Counted from the stretch's first letter, positions 37,588 to 47,702 are shown. The stretch is DNA of 64,000 nucleotides from an uncultured Solirubrobacterales bacterium (GCA_963845575.1 CAWJSN010000003.1:24067-88066); one strand, 5' to 3'. Notes: a model not told the origin generated them from the sequence alone. Numbers and translations: made by a program.

Positions 37588-40161
37588 TTATGCGGCGGTG
37601 ATGACGAGCGTGTGCAGGCCGCCGCCCTTGACGCGCACCGTCACCTCGGCACCACGGTTCGTGTTGTTCACCTTGTAGTTGTGGACCCTCCGTCCGTCCA
37701 GGGTCACCACGGCCGGCCGGGTGCCGTGCGGCAGTGTATGGCCGATGAGCACGGTCTTGAGCGAGAGCCGACTCGTGGACATCCGCGTCGTGTAGTGATT
37801 CGCGGCGTGTGAGGCGAACACGTTGACGGCGCCGCTGCCCATCCCGAGGCGGATGTGCGAGCCGGCGACGCTCGGCTGGCCGCTCGGGACCTGCGGGACG
37901 ACCTCGAGCAGGCTGTAGGGCAGGAACGGCCGCACGCCGAGCTGCTGGCCGACCACTGCCCACATCGTCCCGTAGTTGCCCCATGCCTGCATGACGCTCG
38001 AGCGGCACGTCCAGCAGCGGTCGATGTTGGCGGGGATGCCCGGGGTCGGGTAGATGCCCTGCGGCGGCGTCGAGGGGAAGATCTCCGGCATCGCTCCCGG
38101 CATCTCGTCGGGCGTGCCGCCCGTCGCCGGCTCGGAGAACATGGTCTCGGCGTTCGCGTCGGTGTAGCGCTGCTGCTGGTCAGGGCCGAGCCGGCCGTAG
38201 TTGCCCTCGCCGATCGCCTGGATCGAGGTCGTCAGCGAGAAGATCTCGGTGTCGCCCTTGCCATCCGCGCCGCCACCGCAGCCGTTGTGGTAGAGGCCGC
38301 GGTTGCCCGGGCGCTCGCCGCTGTAGCAGCTGTTCTCGCGGCCGGCAAGCGCCGTGTTCCCATTGCTGCTGATCGCGAGCCCGGGCAGCGTGCGCGTCCC
38401 GAAGGTGAGCTGGGCCTCCATCGGGGTCTGGCCGATCCAGTACTTCTGGAAGGTCTTGACGTTGCCCGGCTCCTGCAGCGAGTCGGCGTACTGCCCGTAC
38501 GGCGCATCCCACCACGTCGACTCGAACTTCGAGCTCAGCCGGTCGGCGAGGTGCGTGGCCCACGCCGCCGTGCGACCGTCGTGCTTGGAGCGCGCCATGT
38601 CGGCAAGGTCGTACAGGCCACGGATGAAGTACACGGCATTGTCGAGCTTGACCGGGCCCATGCCGGGGCGCTCAACGTTGCCCGAGCCTGTGGGCCAGCC
38701 GTCAGGCGTCGAGTAGCGCGTGGCGATCGTGCGCATCCCCTCGCGCGCGAAGTTGTACATCTCGTTGCGGAAGGCGCTGTCGCCGGTCCACCGCCACACG
38801 AGGGCGACCGCGCTCGGGAACTTCACGGTCTCGTCGGTGTTGAAATCGTTCGTCGTCGTGCCGTTCGCGGTCGTCTTGCTGTTGTGCCCGTAGTAGACCG
38901 AGCCGTCAGAGACCGTCTCGTGCGCGACGATCCCCGAGCTGCCGTTGAGGATCTTCGAGATGTCCTTGAGGACGCGCAGGTGGTCCTCGATGGTCGTGAA
39001 CTGCCCGACCGTGACCGCAGCGAACGCGGTGTACTCGCCGTCGGTGGCGAAGATCCAGGGGTAGTCGGGATAGCCCGCGGCGAACCAGCGCGCATGCGCG
39101 ACCGCGCCGAGCGGCGCCGGGTACTGCTTGCCCTGGTTCGTCCAGCGGATCTGCAGGTGTGAGGCAGTCTGCGTCTCGTCGGCGAGGTTCTGCTTGCCCC
39201 ACGTGACCGCGCGCTGCAGCAGCGAATCGCCGGGCAGCGACACGACGGTGTTGTGTCCGAGCGCCTGGCGCGAGGAGGTCTTGGCGGCGAGCTCGCCGGC
39301 CGGGTCGCGCAGGGCCCCCGCGAGCTGGCTCTGCGCGTCGGCGAGTCCCTTATCGGACCCAGCGACGGCGATCCAGAGCGTCCGCGTCCCGTGCGCCGGC
39401 AGGGCGACCTTGTACGTGAGCTCGCCGCCGGTGCCGCGGCCGTAGGGGCCGTCGTCGCACGCGCTCGGTGGCGAGGTGCCGTCATTGGCCGGGCAAACTG
39501 TGTCCTTGGACTGTGGGCCGCGGTAGTTGCCGTCGGAGGCGGCTGCCACACCCGAGGCCGGTGCGAGGTTCGAGCCGACGAGCGCCGACCAGTGTTTGTG
39601 CCCCGTATCGGTGAAGACGAGGTCGCGGCCGTTGTATGCGCCGGCGTCCGGGGCGTTTGCGTCCGCCGCGCTAGGCGTCGTGAATCCCCAGGGGTATGCC
39701 CGAAGCAGTTCGGAGTGCGAGTCAACGCTCACGGTGACGGTCCGGGCCGCGCTGGGATTCGTAATCTTCAGCCCGAAGAGGACAGCCCGGTTGGCGTCCG
39801 GTGCGAAGTCGATCCGTTGCAGCCGCACCCCGTCGGTGTTGGGCAGCACGTAGCGCGCGTACCCCCAGCCGGAAGAGAACCGCGTCGCCTCGCCGGTCCA
39901 GTGGCCATCGAGGCCGAACCAGACACCGTCGACGAGTTTGAGTGGGGGCGCCCAGACGCCGCCCATCTCACCAGTGATGTGCCAGCCGTTCGCGTACCAG
40001 CGGGCGTTCTCGAATCCTTCTGCGTAGGACCGCTGGCCGGCCGTCACCTCGCGACGATCCGACAGCCGGGAATTCGTCGACAGTTCAGGCGCCGCAGCAG
40101 CCGTTCCGCTGGCCGCGATCGCGGATATGACACCGAGCATGATCGCTCGCCGTACGTGCAT
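37588..40161 (-). CDS. secreted six-hairpin glycosidase ('glycogen debranching'-like)
   Basis: Signal peptide; GEMGGVW, AGYPDYPWIFATDGEY, NTDET, GNVER, MQAWG. Confidence 0.75.
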   Translation of the reverse strand: MHVRRAIMLGVISAIAASGTAAAAPELSTNSRLSDRREVTAGQRSYAEGFENARWYANGWHITGEMGGVWAPPLKLVDGVWFGLDGHWTGEATRFSSGWGYARYVLPNTDGVRLQRIDFAPDANRAVLFGLKITNPSAARTVTVSVDSHSELLRAYPWGFTTPSAADANAPDAGAYNGRDLVFTDTGHKHWSALVGSNLAPASGVAAASDGNYRGPQSKDTVCPANDGTSPPSACDDGPYGRGTGGELTYKVALPAHGTRTLWIAVAGSDKGLADAQSQLAGALRDPAGELAAKTSSRQALGHNTVVSLPGDSLLQRAVTWGKQNLADETQTASHLQIRWTNQGKQYPAPLGAVAHARWFAAGYPDYPWIFATDGEYTAFAAVTVGQFTTIEDHLRVLKDISKILNGSSGIVAHETVSDGSVYYGHNSKTTANGTTTNDFNTDETVKFPSAVALVWRWTGDSAFRNEMYNFAREGMRTIATRYSTPDGWPTGSGNVERPGMGPVKLDNAVYFIRGLYDLADMARSKHDGRTAAWATHLADRLSSKFESTWWDAPYGQYADSLQEPGNVKTFQKYWIGQTPMEAQLTFGTRTLPGLAISSNGNTALAGRENSCYSGERPGNRGLYHNGCGGGADGKGDTEIFSLTTSIQAIGEGNYGRLGPDQQQRYTDANAETMFSEPATGGTPDEMPGAMPEIFPSTPPQGIYPTPGIPANIDRCWTCRSSVMQAWGNYGTMWAVVGQQLGVRPFLPYSLLEVVPQVPSGQPSVAGSHIRLGMGSGAVNVFASHAANHYTTRMSTSRLSLKTVLIGHTLPHGTRPAVVTLDGRRVHNYKVNNTNRGAEVTVRVKGGGLHTLVITAA

Positions 40162-40261
40162 GCTGACCCTCCCTCTCTCTCAGACACCCGATGTACCCAC
40201 GCGAGCCGTTTGGCTAATCCTAAATTTTTCGGGCCGTTGGATCGCCCGGTGAGGGAGCAAC

Positions 40262-40296
40262 TACCTGCGAGGTAACGACGCTACCTCGCGCGTAAT
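40262..40296. promoter_or_regulatory. tandem TACC-N5-(G/C)GTA operators upstream of the MFS gene
   Basis: TACCtgcgaGGTA and TACCtcgcgCGTAAT; a related site precedes the MmyB-like gene (41801-41815). Confidence 0.5.
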
Positions 40297-40331
40297 CGAC
40301 TAGCTCACTGCCGTCGGCCAAGGTGCCGGGC

Positions 40332-41807
40332 ATGACCTCCGAACCGATTACCTCCACCGTTGCCCCTGCCATCCCGGACGTTCCCAGCTCGACCCACGAG
40401 CCGCGGGGGACGCGCCCCTCAGGGGCGCGGCTGGCCGCGAGTCGGTGGCTTCCCCTGCCGATCGTGCTCGCCGGCACGTTCATGGTGGTCCTGGACTTTT
40501 TCATCGTCAATGTGGCGCTGCCCTCGATTCAGACCCGACTGCATGCCGGCAGCGGTGCAGTGGAGTGGGTCGTGGCCGGCTATGCGCTCACGTCGGCGAT
40601 CTTCATGATCAGCGCCGGCCGCCTCGGCGACCGACTTGGTCACGGTCGCGTGTTCTCACTCGGGCTGGGGCTGTTCACTCTGGCGTCGGCCGGCTGCGGG
40701 GCGGCCACCACCCCGACCGAGCTCGTGCTCGCCCGTCTGCTCCAGGGGGTGGCCGCAGCGCTGCTGACGCCCAGTGTCCTGTCGATCATCGGGGTGCTGT
40801 ATCCGGGGTCTGATCGCCTGCGCGCGCTCAGTCTCTACAGCACCACGATGGGGTTCGCCGCCGCTGGCGGTCAGCTGATCGGCGGTGCGCTCATCGCGCT
40901 CAACCCGGCCGGACTGGGGTGGCGAACCTGCTTCTTGATCAACATCCCGATCGGCACCGTCGGGCTGCTGCTCGCCCCGCGCTTCATTCCGGCCTCGCCC
41001 CGGCGTGGGGAGGTGCGGCTCGACCTTGGCGGGACCGTGCTGGTGACTGCCGCGCTGACGGCGATCGTGCTGCCTCTGGTCGAGGGGCGCCAGCACGGGT
41101 GGCCCGCGTGGACCTGGCTCACGCTGGCTGCATCGCCGGTGCTCCTTGCCGCCTTCATCGTTCATCAGCGTCGCCTCGCGCGACAGGGCGGCAGCCCGCT
41201 CGTCGACTTCGGGCTCTTCCGCGCACGGTCGTTCACCGCCGGGCTGGTCACGCAGCTGTGCTTCTGGGCGGGTCAAGCGTCGTTCTTTGTCGTCCTGGCG
41301 CTCTACCTGCAACAGGGACGCGGACTGCGCCCTTTGGCCGCCGGCCTGGTGTTCACGATCCTGGCCGGCGCCTATCTCGTCGCCTCGACGGTGGCTCCGG
41401 GCCTGAGCGTGCGACACGGCCGGACGGTGATCACGGGTGGCGCCCTGATGCTGGCCAGTGGGCATGGCCTACTGCTGGGCGCGGTGGCCCACCTCGGGGT
41501 GCGCGGCTCGCTGGCCGTGCTGGCGCCCGGGCTGCTGCTTGTGGGGGCCGGCATGGGGCTGGTCCTGGCTCCCCTCGTCGCAACGATCCTGCGCACGCTC
41601 GAGCCAACAAGGGCGGGTGCCGCCTCCGGGATGCTCAGCACGGTGCAGAACGTCGGCAACGCCCTGGGCGTCGCGGTCACCGGGGTGATCTTCTTCGGAG
41701 CCCTGCACCGCGGGTACCCGGCCGCGTTCGAAATGACGGCGGCGGCGCTGGCGCTGCTGCTGATCGGGGTCGCGGCGCTGTCCCGACTACTCCCGAGGAC
41801 TACGTGA
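40332..41807 (+). CDS. DHA2-family (14-TM) MFS efflux transporter
   Basis: LDFFIVNVALP, GRLGDRLG, WRTCFLINIPIG. Confidence 0.92.
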   Translation: MTSEPITSTVAPAIPDVPSSTHEPRGTRPSGARLAASRWLPLPIVLAGTFMVVLDFFIVNVALPSIQTRLHAGSGAVEWVVAGYALTSAIFMISAGRLGDRLGHGRVFSLGLGLFTLASAGCGAATTPTELVLARLLQGVAAALLTPSVLSIIGVLYPGSDRLRALSLYSTTMGFAAAGGQLIGGALIALNPAGLGWRTCFLINIPIGTVGLLLAPRFIPASPRRGEVRLDLGGTVLVTAALTAIVLPLVEGRQHGWPAWTWLTLAASPVLLAAFIVHQRRLARQGGSPLVDFGLFRARSFTAGLVTQLCFWAGQASFFVVLALYLQQGRGLRPLAAGLVFTILAGAYLVASTVAPGLSVRHGRTVITGGALMLASGHGLLLGAVAHLGVRGSLAVLAPGLLLVGAGMGLVLAPLVATILRTLEPTRAGAASGMLSTVQNVGNALGVAVTGVIFFGALHRGYPAAFEMTAAALALLLIGVAALSRLLPRTT

Positions 41808-41849
41808 GAGGTAATTGCGACGATGACGATCACCGGGTAATTTCGGACC

Positions 41850-42665
41850 GTGGCCGTCGCGACCGTCCCCAATCCGATCGGAGAGTTGCTTCGCTCCTGG
41901 CGCCAGCGGCGCAACCTCAGCCAGCTGGAGCTGGCGCTCGGCGCGGAGGTCTCCTCACGTCACGTCAGCTTCGTGGAGACCGGACGCGCGCAGCCGAGTC
42001 GCGAAATGGTGCTGCGCCTGGCCGGGGAGCTGGAGGTCCCGATGCGTGACCGCAACGCGCTGCTGCTCGCCGCCGGCTACGCACCGATCTACGCCGAGCG
42101 TCCGCTCGACGCGCCGGAGATGGCGCCCGTTCGCCAGGCCTTGGATCGGTTCCTGCGCGCGCACGAGCCTTACCCGGCACTGGTCGTGGACCGGTATCAC
42201 AACCTGATCGGCGCCAACGATGCCCTCGACCTGCTGCTGGACGGAGTCTCACCGGGTCTGCTCGAGGCGCCGGCCAACGCGATGCGGATCGCGCTGCACC
42301 CGGAGGGGATGGCGCCGCGGACGCTCAACCTGGCCGAGTGGAGCGCGCACCTCCTTCAACGTGTGCGTCGCGAGGCACAGCTCAGCGGAGATCCGGAGCT
42401 CGCCGCTCTCTACGACGAGTTGGCCGGCTATCCCGGAGTCCACACCGTTCCCGCGCACAGCGACGTCCAACCCGCCGACGTCCTGCTTCCCCTCAAGCTG
42501 TTCGACCTCGACGGGAAGAGCGAGCTCTCGTTCTTCAGCACGGTGTCGACCTTCGGCACCGCGACCGATATCACCCTGTCCGAACTTGCCATCGAGGCTT
42601 TCTACCCAGCGAACGCTCCCACAGCCATGAGACTCCTGCACGACATTGCCCCTCACCCGGCATGA
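41850..42665 (+). CDS. XRE-HTH/MmyB-type transcriptional regulator
   Basis: LSQLELAL..VSSRHVSFVETGRAQPSREMV; LAIEAFYPA. Confidence 0.92.
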   Translation: MAVATVPNPIGELLRSWRQRRNLSQLELALGAEVSSRHVSFVETGRAQPSREMVLRLAGELEVPMRDRNALLLAAGYAPIYAERPLDAPEMAPVRQALDRFLRAHEPYPALVVDRYHNLIGANDALDLLLDGVSPGLLEAPANAMRIALHPEGMAPRTLNLAEWSAHLLQRVRREAQLSGDPELAALYDELAGYPGVHTVPAHSDVQPADVLLPLKLFDLDGKSELSFFSTVSTFGTATDITLSELAIEAFYPANAPTAMRLLHDIAPHPA

Positions 42666-42749
42666 GACACAGCGGTGGACCCTTCAGACCGAGACTATGG
42701 AATCAGCCGTTCTTCTTCTAACGTTCCCTCGTGAGCGAAAGGCCTGTCT

Positions 42750-43373
42750 GTGCCGGATGCGCCTCAGACCAACGTCCTCTCTGAAATCGCCCGGTTACGG
42801 ACGGCGATAGACCACGAGGCTGTATGCGCTGACCGGATGCTCAACGGACGTACGTCGGCGTCTGAGCATGACTATCCCCGAGGCGAGGTGCCAGAATATC
42901 GAGAACTCAACCGGCAACTCTCCGCTCTGCGCGAACGTGTGGCTCGCGCCCACTCCTTCATCGAGGACCAGACCATGTTGCGCGCAGAATTGGCGACGCT
43001 GTTGTCGTTTGCGGCAACCCTGAGGCGCGATGCCGAGCTATGGCGTTCCATGCTTGCCGGTCGCCTCAAGGAGCTTGAACGGCAAGAAGCCGCGGCGCGC
43101 GAAGAGCGGAAGAGATTGGCCGTCGAGCGAGAGGCGCTCGCCCGACATCGAGACGCTCTTCAACGGCAAATCGACCAGACCGCGGAACGCATGGCGAAGG
43201 ACACCGGCGGAGAATGTCGGCGGACGATCCCGGTCCTGCGGATCGCGGAGCACCTGAGCGTTTGCTCGATCACGGTCACCCGTCCGAGACGAGGGTTTCG
43301 CCCCGGGAGGTGCTGGCTGGTTACGCCTAACCACTCGTGCGACGAAGTACGAGTCATGCGCAACTACGGCTAA
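42750..43373 (+). CDS. hypothetical coiled-coil protein
   Basis: E/R/A/L-rich heptads followed by a Cys-containing tail. Confidence 0.55.
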   Translation: MPDAPQTNVLSEIARLRTAIDHEAVCADRMLNGRTSASEHDYPRGEVPEYRELNRQLSALRERVARAHSFIEDQTMLRAELATLLSFAATLRRDAELWRSMLAGRLKELERQEAAAREERKRLAVEREALARHRDALQRQIDQTAERMAKDTGGECRRTIPVLRIAEHLSVCSITVTRPRRGFRPGRCWLVTPNHSCDEVRVMRNYG

Positions 43374-43405
43374 GGTCGGGCGAGGTCATCGAACGCCACC
43401 CTGTC

Positions 43406-43801
43406 TCAGGTGGATGCGCTCCAGCACATAACCGCGATCGCCACGAACACGAAGGGCACGGGAAAACGCAGGACGCTGCTCGGACGGCGGCGGGCGTCCC
43501 AGCCGGCCTTCGCGGTGGCGGCAACCCACAGCGCCGCGGACCCACGCAGCACCAAGGTCTTCGTATCGGCGTGGGGAGCCGCGGCCAGTGTCATGAAGAG
43601 GACGCCGAAGGCCACGAGAAAAATGGTGACTACGTGCCATGAAAAGCGCACCATGCTGAGCGTCATCGAGGGCGAACCAAAGGGTGTGCTTCCTCGCCGG
43701 GCGACCGTCACACTGGGCAGGACCCAGCGCAGTCCGATCGTCGCATGACCGAAAGCCAGCATGAAGCAGCCCAACCCGGCGATCGCCAGTTCAGCGTTCA
43801 T
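43406..43801 (-). CDS. small membrane protein
   Basis: MNAELAIAGLG... with about 4 TM segments; RBS AAGGAGCAAGG. Confidence 0.7.
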   Translation of the reverse strand: MNAELAIAGLGCFMLAFGHATIGLRWVLPSVTVARRGSTPFGSPSMTLSMVRFSWHVVTIFLVAFGVLFMTLAAAPHADTKTLVLRGSAALWVAATAKAGWDARRRPSSVLRFPVPFVFVAIAVMCWSAST

Positions 43802-44102
43802 CAGCCTTGCTCCTTTGCGGAAATCCTTGCGTTGGCTTGCTCGAGGACGTACCGGACCACCGGTGGATGTACGAGCTCGGTTCCGGCCCACAGAACATGG
43901 GCGAGTGAGCTCTCCAGTTCGACGAAGGTGGCAAACAGGTCCGGCTCTGAGCTGAGCCGCTGTCGAGGAGGAAAGAGTCCGCGTAGTCGATGCGGGAGAG
44001 CGTGCTGAGCCCTCGCACGGCCGGAGGCACCGCGATCTGGCGCACCGCGCCCGACGGAAACGGAATACGCGGGAGAAGGCCAATGGCTGTGTCCCGGTTC
44101 AT
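43791..44102 (-). pseudogene. probable truncated DUF2867-like gene
   Basis: N-terminus ..LSTLSRIDYADSFLL.. is recognisable, then the sequence loses protein-like character. Confidence 0.4.
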
Positions 44103-44158
44103 GGTGTCCCTTCATCCACGAGGGAAGACTCTGCCGTCCCGTTGGATGATAACATACA

Positions 44159-44170
44159 TACATGCATGTA
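44159..44170. promoter_or_regulatory. TetR-type operator palindrome
   Basis: Perfect palindrome TACATGCATGTA at the TetR start. Confidence 0.6.
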
Positions 44171-44821
44171 CGTTCTTCTTCGGCAACCCGTCCCTTGGCG
44201 CCGCGTGGTGGTCTGAAGTCGACCCAGGCTGAGCGGAGCGCCCGCACACGAAGCGCGTTACTCGAATCAGCCGCGCGGGGTCTCTCCCGCTCGGGCTACG
44301 GCCACCTGGTGCTCGAAGAGGTGGCGCGTGACGCGGGCTACACCCGCGGTGCCCTGTATCACCAGTTCAAGGACAAGGAGGATCTGGCCTTGGCGGTGAT
44401 CGATTGGATCAACCAGACCTACACGAGCGAGGTCGTGAGCCTGGTCGACCGGCAGCCCGATCCCGTCTCGGCACTAATGACCCTGGCCCGCGGTCACGCC
44501 ATCTACTGCCGACGAGATGTGGCCCGCGTGATGATGGCGTTGAGGGTCGAGTTCAGCAGTCGGGACCATCCAGTGGGGGCCGAGATCGAGCGAATCTCAA
44601 GAGAGCTGATCAAGCGCTGCGCTCGTCTGATCAATGCGGGCCGGAGAGACGGGTCCATCCCGGCCGGTCCCCCCGCCAAAGCCGTGGCGCAGGCGTTCTG
44701 GGGGGCGCTCGAGGGCGCCGTGATCGCGCTCGCCGGCCAGGCACCGCACGACGAGCTGCTGGCCGTCCGAACCGTTGCCGGGGTGCTCGGGCTGGACTGT
44801 CGCCAGGACGTTGAGAAGTGA
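44162..44821 (+). CDS. TetR-family regulator
   Basis: VLEEVARDAGYTRGALYHQFKDKEDL. Confidence 0.92.
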   Translation: MHVRSSSATRPLAPRGGLKSTQAERSARTRSALLESAARGLSRSGYGHLVLEEVARDAGYTRGALYHQFKDKEDLALAVIDWINQTYTSEVVSLVDRQPDPVSALMTLARGHAIYCRRDVARVMMALRVEFSSRDHPVGAEIERISRELIKRCARLINAGRRDGSIPAGPPAKAVAQAFWGALEGAVIALAGQAPHDELLAVRTVAGVLGLDCRQDVEK

Positions 44822-44895
44822 GTCGGCGAGATTCGACACGAGCCACCTCGAGGGTGTAAGACTGCCCTCAGCGCCATCTGCGAACGGAGGTCTGT

Positions 44896-45111
44896 ATGTC
44901 CGACAGTGTGTACCGCGTTACCGAGGTGGTAGGGGTGAGCAGTGAATCCTGGGAGGCCGCAGCCCGCGTAGCGGTCGAGACCGCAGCCAAGAGCGTCCGC
45001 GAACTGCGCGTGGCCGAGGTCGTGCGTCAGGACTTGACGGTTCAGGACGGCAGCGTTCTCAACTACCGCGTTCGTCTCGGGATCTCGTTCAAGTACGACC
45101 CGAGCGAGTAA
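44896..45111 (+). CDS. dodecin family protein
   Basis: SVYRVTEVVGVSSESWEAAA..YRVRLGISFKY; GGAGG RBS. Confidence 0.9.
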   Translation: MSDSVYRVTEVVGVSSESWEAAARVAVETAAKSVRELRVAEVVRQDLTVQDGSVLNYRVRLGISFKYDPSE

Positions 45112-45175
45112 GCACCAACGCCATGGGATTCGCCTCGGCCGGTTACGACCGGGGCGAGTCCAGCACCGCCTTCTC

Positions 45176-46030
45176 CTACCCGCTGTCGTGGACCGGCCCG
45201 ACGTGCTCCTGTGCCTGAGCCAGCACGGCGGTTCCCGCTAGGGCGAGAGCAAAGGCGGCAAGCGCGCCGAGCGCCCGCGGGCCAGCCAAATGCAGTGACT
45301 CGTGGAACAGGACCACGCCCAGGACCACGCTGGCGACTGGGTCAGCGGCGAAACTCGTAGCCACGGTGGCCGCTAGCGCGCCGGTGTTGAGGGCCAGCTG
45401 GTTGAGGGTCATCGACGCATAGCCGATCCCGATCAGCGCGTAGAGCTCCCAGCTGTCGATCACGTTGAGCAGTCCAATGTTGAGCTGATCGACTACCGCC
45501 TTGGTCAGGGCGGCCGACAACGCGAACAGGAGTCCGGCCGCCGTGCCCAGCAGCGCCGCCCGGCGCGGGGCCGGCCCGCGGCGACCGAGCAGCACGATCG
45601 GTGTGCACAGCGCAGCGAAGATGGGCGTCACGACCAGCCACTCGCGGAGCGGCGCCTCGCTGCGCCCCCCCGAGGGACTGGCCACCGTGAGGAACCCAGC
45701 CAGCGCGGCAACGACGAGCACAGCGGCGGCGACCTCATGACGGTGAAGCCGCTGGCCGCTAAAGCGGACGCCCAGCGGTAGGGCGAACACCACGCTGACG
45801 ACCAGTAGGGGCTGAACGACGGCCAGGCGCCCGATCGACAGCGCCGCGGCCTGAGCAACGAAGCCGAGGGCGTCGGCAGCGATTCCGGCCAGCCACACCG
45901 GTCGCCGCGCCATGCGGAGTACCAGCCCCGAGTGGGTGCCGAGCGAGGGCTCGCTCGTACCGGCCCGCTGCTGCAGCACCGTGGCCAAGGCGAACAGCAT
46001 CGCCGAGACCAACGACAGGACTATTTCCAA
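45176..46030 (-). CDS. DMT-superfamily membrane protein
   Basis: LAVVQPLLV..FALPL; about 9 TM segments. Confidence 0.8.
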   Translation of the reverse strand: MEIVLSLVSAMLFALATVLQQRAGTSEPSLGTHSGLVLRMARRPVWLAGIAADALGFVAQAAALSIGRLAVVQPLLVVSVVFALPLGVRFSGQRLHRHEVAAAVLVVAALAGFLTVASPSGGRSEAPLREWLVVTPIFAALCTPIVLLGRRGPAPRRAALLGTAAGLLFALSAALTKAVVDQLNIGLLNVIDSWELYALIGIGYASMTLNQLALNTGALAATVATSFAADPVASVVLGVVLFHESLHLAGPRALGALAAFALALAGTAVLAQAQEHVGPVHDSG

Positions 46031-46042
46031 ACCGAGGCCACC

Positions 46043-46285
46043 TCAGTCCGACCCGGGGCTGTCCCCGGGCGTCGGAGCAACGAGCTTCCATGAAGTCGAA
46101 CCGTCGGGACTGATCTCGCTCTCGATGAGCCCCAGGCCCGAGAGCCTGGCCAGTTCGGCGCGGAACGCCGGATACGGGACAAGGCCGATGCGGGTGAGGG
46201 CGGGATAGCCGATGCGCTCGTACAGGTCAGAGGTGGTCGTCGGGTCACTGGTCAGAGCGGCGAGAAGTACGGATGAGCGCGACAT
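46043..46285 (-). CDS. small hypothetical protein (winged-helix-like)
   Basis: TTSDLYERIGY..FRAELARLSGLGLIES; co-oriented with the DMT gene. Confidence 0.55.
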   Translation of the reverse strand: MSRSSVLLAALTSDPTTTSDLYERIGYPALTRIGLVPYPAFRAELARLSGLGLIESEISPDGSTSWKLVAPTPGDSPGSD

Positions 46286-46410
46286 GCAGTATCGGCTACC
46301 CCTCGAAGCCGGTCACGAGACGCAGCCGGCGCTTTCCCGCTCAGCGCGGTGCGCCGCCGGAATGGCGCGGGATCTGCGATTCCTGCGATTGCTTGCAGTT
46401 GTCGACGGAC

Positions 46411-47253
46411 CTAATCGCGTTCCGACAGTCCTTGGGTCAGCGCCGTCTGGACATCGGTCATCTGGAGTTCACCATTACCCGGGCGGTTGGCGCCGGCGAC
46501 ATAGGTCATGTCGAGCGTGTCCATGGCCACAGCCGCGCGTGCCTTGCGAGAGACTGAGGACATCGAGCGGATGAGCCACGGCGGGACGTGGCGGACCTTG
46601 GCCGGTTCCTGGCGGACCTGCTGCAGCAGCATGGCCAGCTCGTTGAAGGTCAGATCGCGCGGGCCGGCGACCTCCATCACCTGCTGGCGCCAACTGGCGT
46701 CTATCACCGCCCGCTCGACGGCAGAGGCGACGTCAGCGACCGAGACGAAGTTGATCGGGTTATCGCCGCGGCCGAACACGATCGGCTTCCTCATGATCTC
46801 GGCCCACAGTTCCACGAAAGCGGCGGCGCGCACGATTGTCCAACGGGCTCCGCTGGCCCGCAGGTATTGCTCGGCGGCGTACTTGGCGCGGAAGAGCTCC
46901 ATCGGGCTCTCGGGCGAGGCGCCGATAACCGACATCAGCACGACGTCCGCATCGACGGCCAGCGCGGCTTCGATGAGGTTGGCATTGCCTTCGCGGTCCA
47001 CTGTGTCAGGCGATCCTCGCCCGGGCCCGGCGAAGCCCTGGACGGCGGATACGAGTACCGTGGCGCCCGCTGTGCCCGCGTCGAGGCTGGCCCGATCCCG
47101 GATATCGCACGTGACGACCTCGGAGGCGATACCAGACAGATGGCGGGCCCGGGACGGCTCTCGGGTCAGTGCGCGAACTTGGAGACCGCGCCCGGCCAGC
47201 CGGGTCGTAACGAGCGTGCCCAGTCGTCCGGTTGCACCGGCAATGACGATCAT
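46411..47253 (-). CDS. NmrA-like NAD(P)H-binding SDR
   Basis: IAGATGRLG, WTIVR, FVSVADVA. Confidence 0.88.
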   Translation of the reverse strand: MIVIAGATGRLGTLVTTRLAGRGLQVRALTREPSRARHLSGIASEVVTCDIRDRASLDAGTAGATVLVSAVQGFAGPGRGSPDTVDREGNANLIEAALAVDADVVLMSVIGASPESPMELFRAKYAAEQYLRASGARWTIVRAAAFVELWAEIMRKPIVFGRGDNPINFVSVADVASAVERAVIDASWRQQVMEVAGPRDLTFNELAMLLQQVRQEPAKVRHVPPWLIRSMSSVSRKARAAVAMDTLDMTYVAGANRPGNGELQMTDVQTALTQGLSERD

Positions 47254-47658
47254 CGCGCCACCTGCTCCCGCACTGCGTCGTCGACCGAGCCTGAGTCGCC
47301 GTCAACCGGCTCCAGGTAGAACCTCGCCCAGGCGGCCACCCCATCGCGTACTCCAAACAGGATGACCCCGCGCATCTGGTGGGGAGTCCCGTCGCGCCGC
47401 GTGCCGGTCATCTCCCATTCGGTCCAGGCCGTGTCGCCATCTTGCGGCGCTCCCCTTCACCACAGCGTGCACATCGGGCACGAACGCGAAGATCTGCTCC
47501 CAATTACGCCGCACTTGCGCGCGGCCCCGGAAGCTCCGGCCGGGATGAGCCGGCGTTTCGTTCTCGTAGTCCTCGGCAAAACAGGCCGCCACGGCATCGA
47601 CGTCGTGAGCGTTGGTTGCCCGCACCAATCGTTCAACCATTTCCTGGGGTGAGTCCAT
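47250..47658 (-). CDS. SnoaL/NTF2-like protein (frameshift near 47440)
   Basis: ATNAHDVDAVAACFAEDY..FRGRAQVRRNW; alternate-frame end ARFYLEPV; stop overlaps the next ATG. Confidence 0.8.
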
Positions 47659-47678
47659 GACGGATCCGCCTTCCGACT

Positions 47679-47702
47679 TTCGTTCTAGTAAACTGGAATG
47701 AA
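47679..47702. promoter_or_regulatory. imperfect inverted repeat, probable TetR operator
   Basis: TTCGTTCTAG-TAAA-CTGGAATGAA between divergent genes. Confidence 0.5.
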
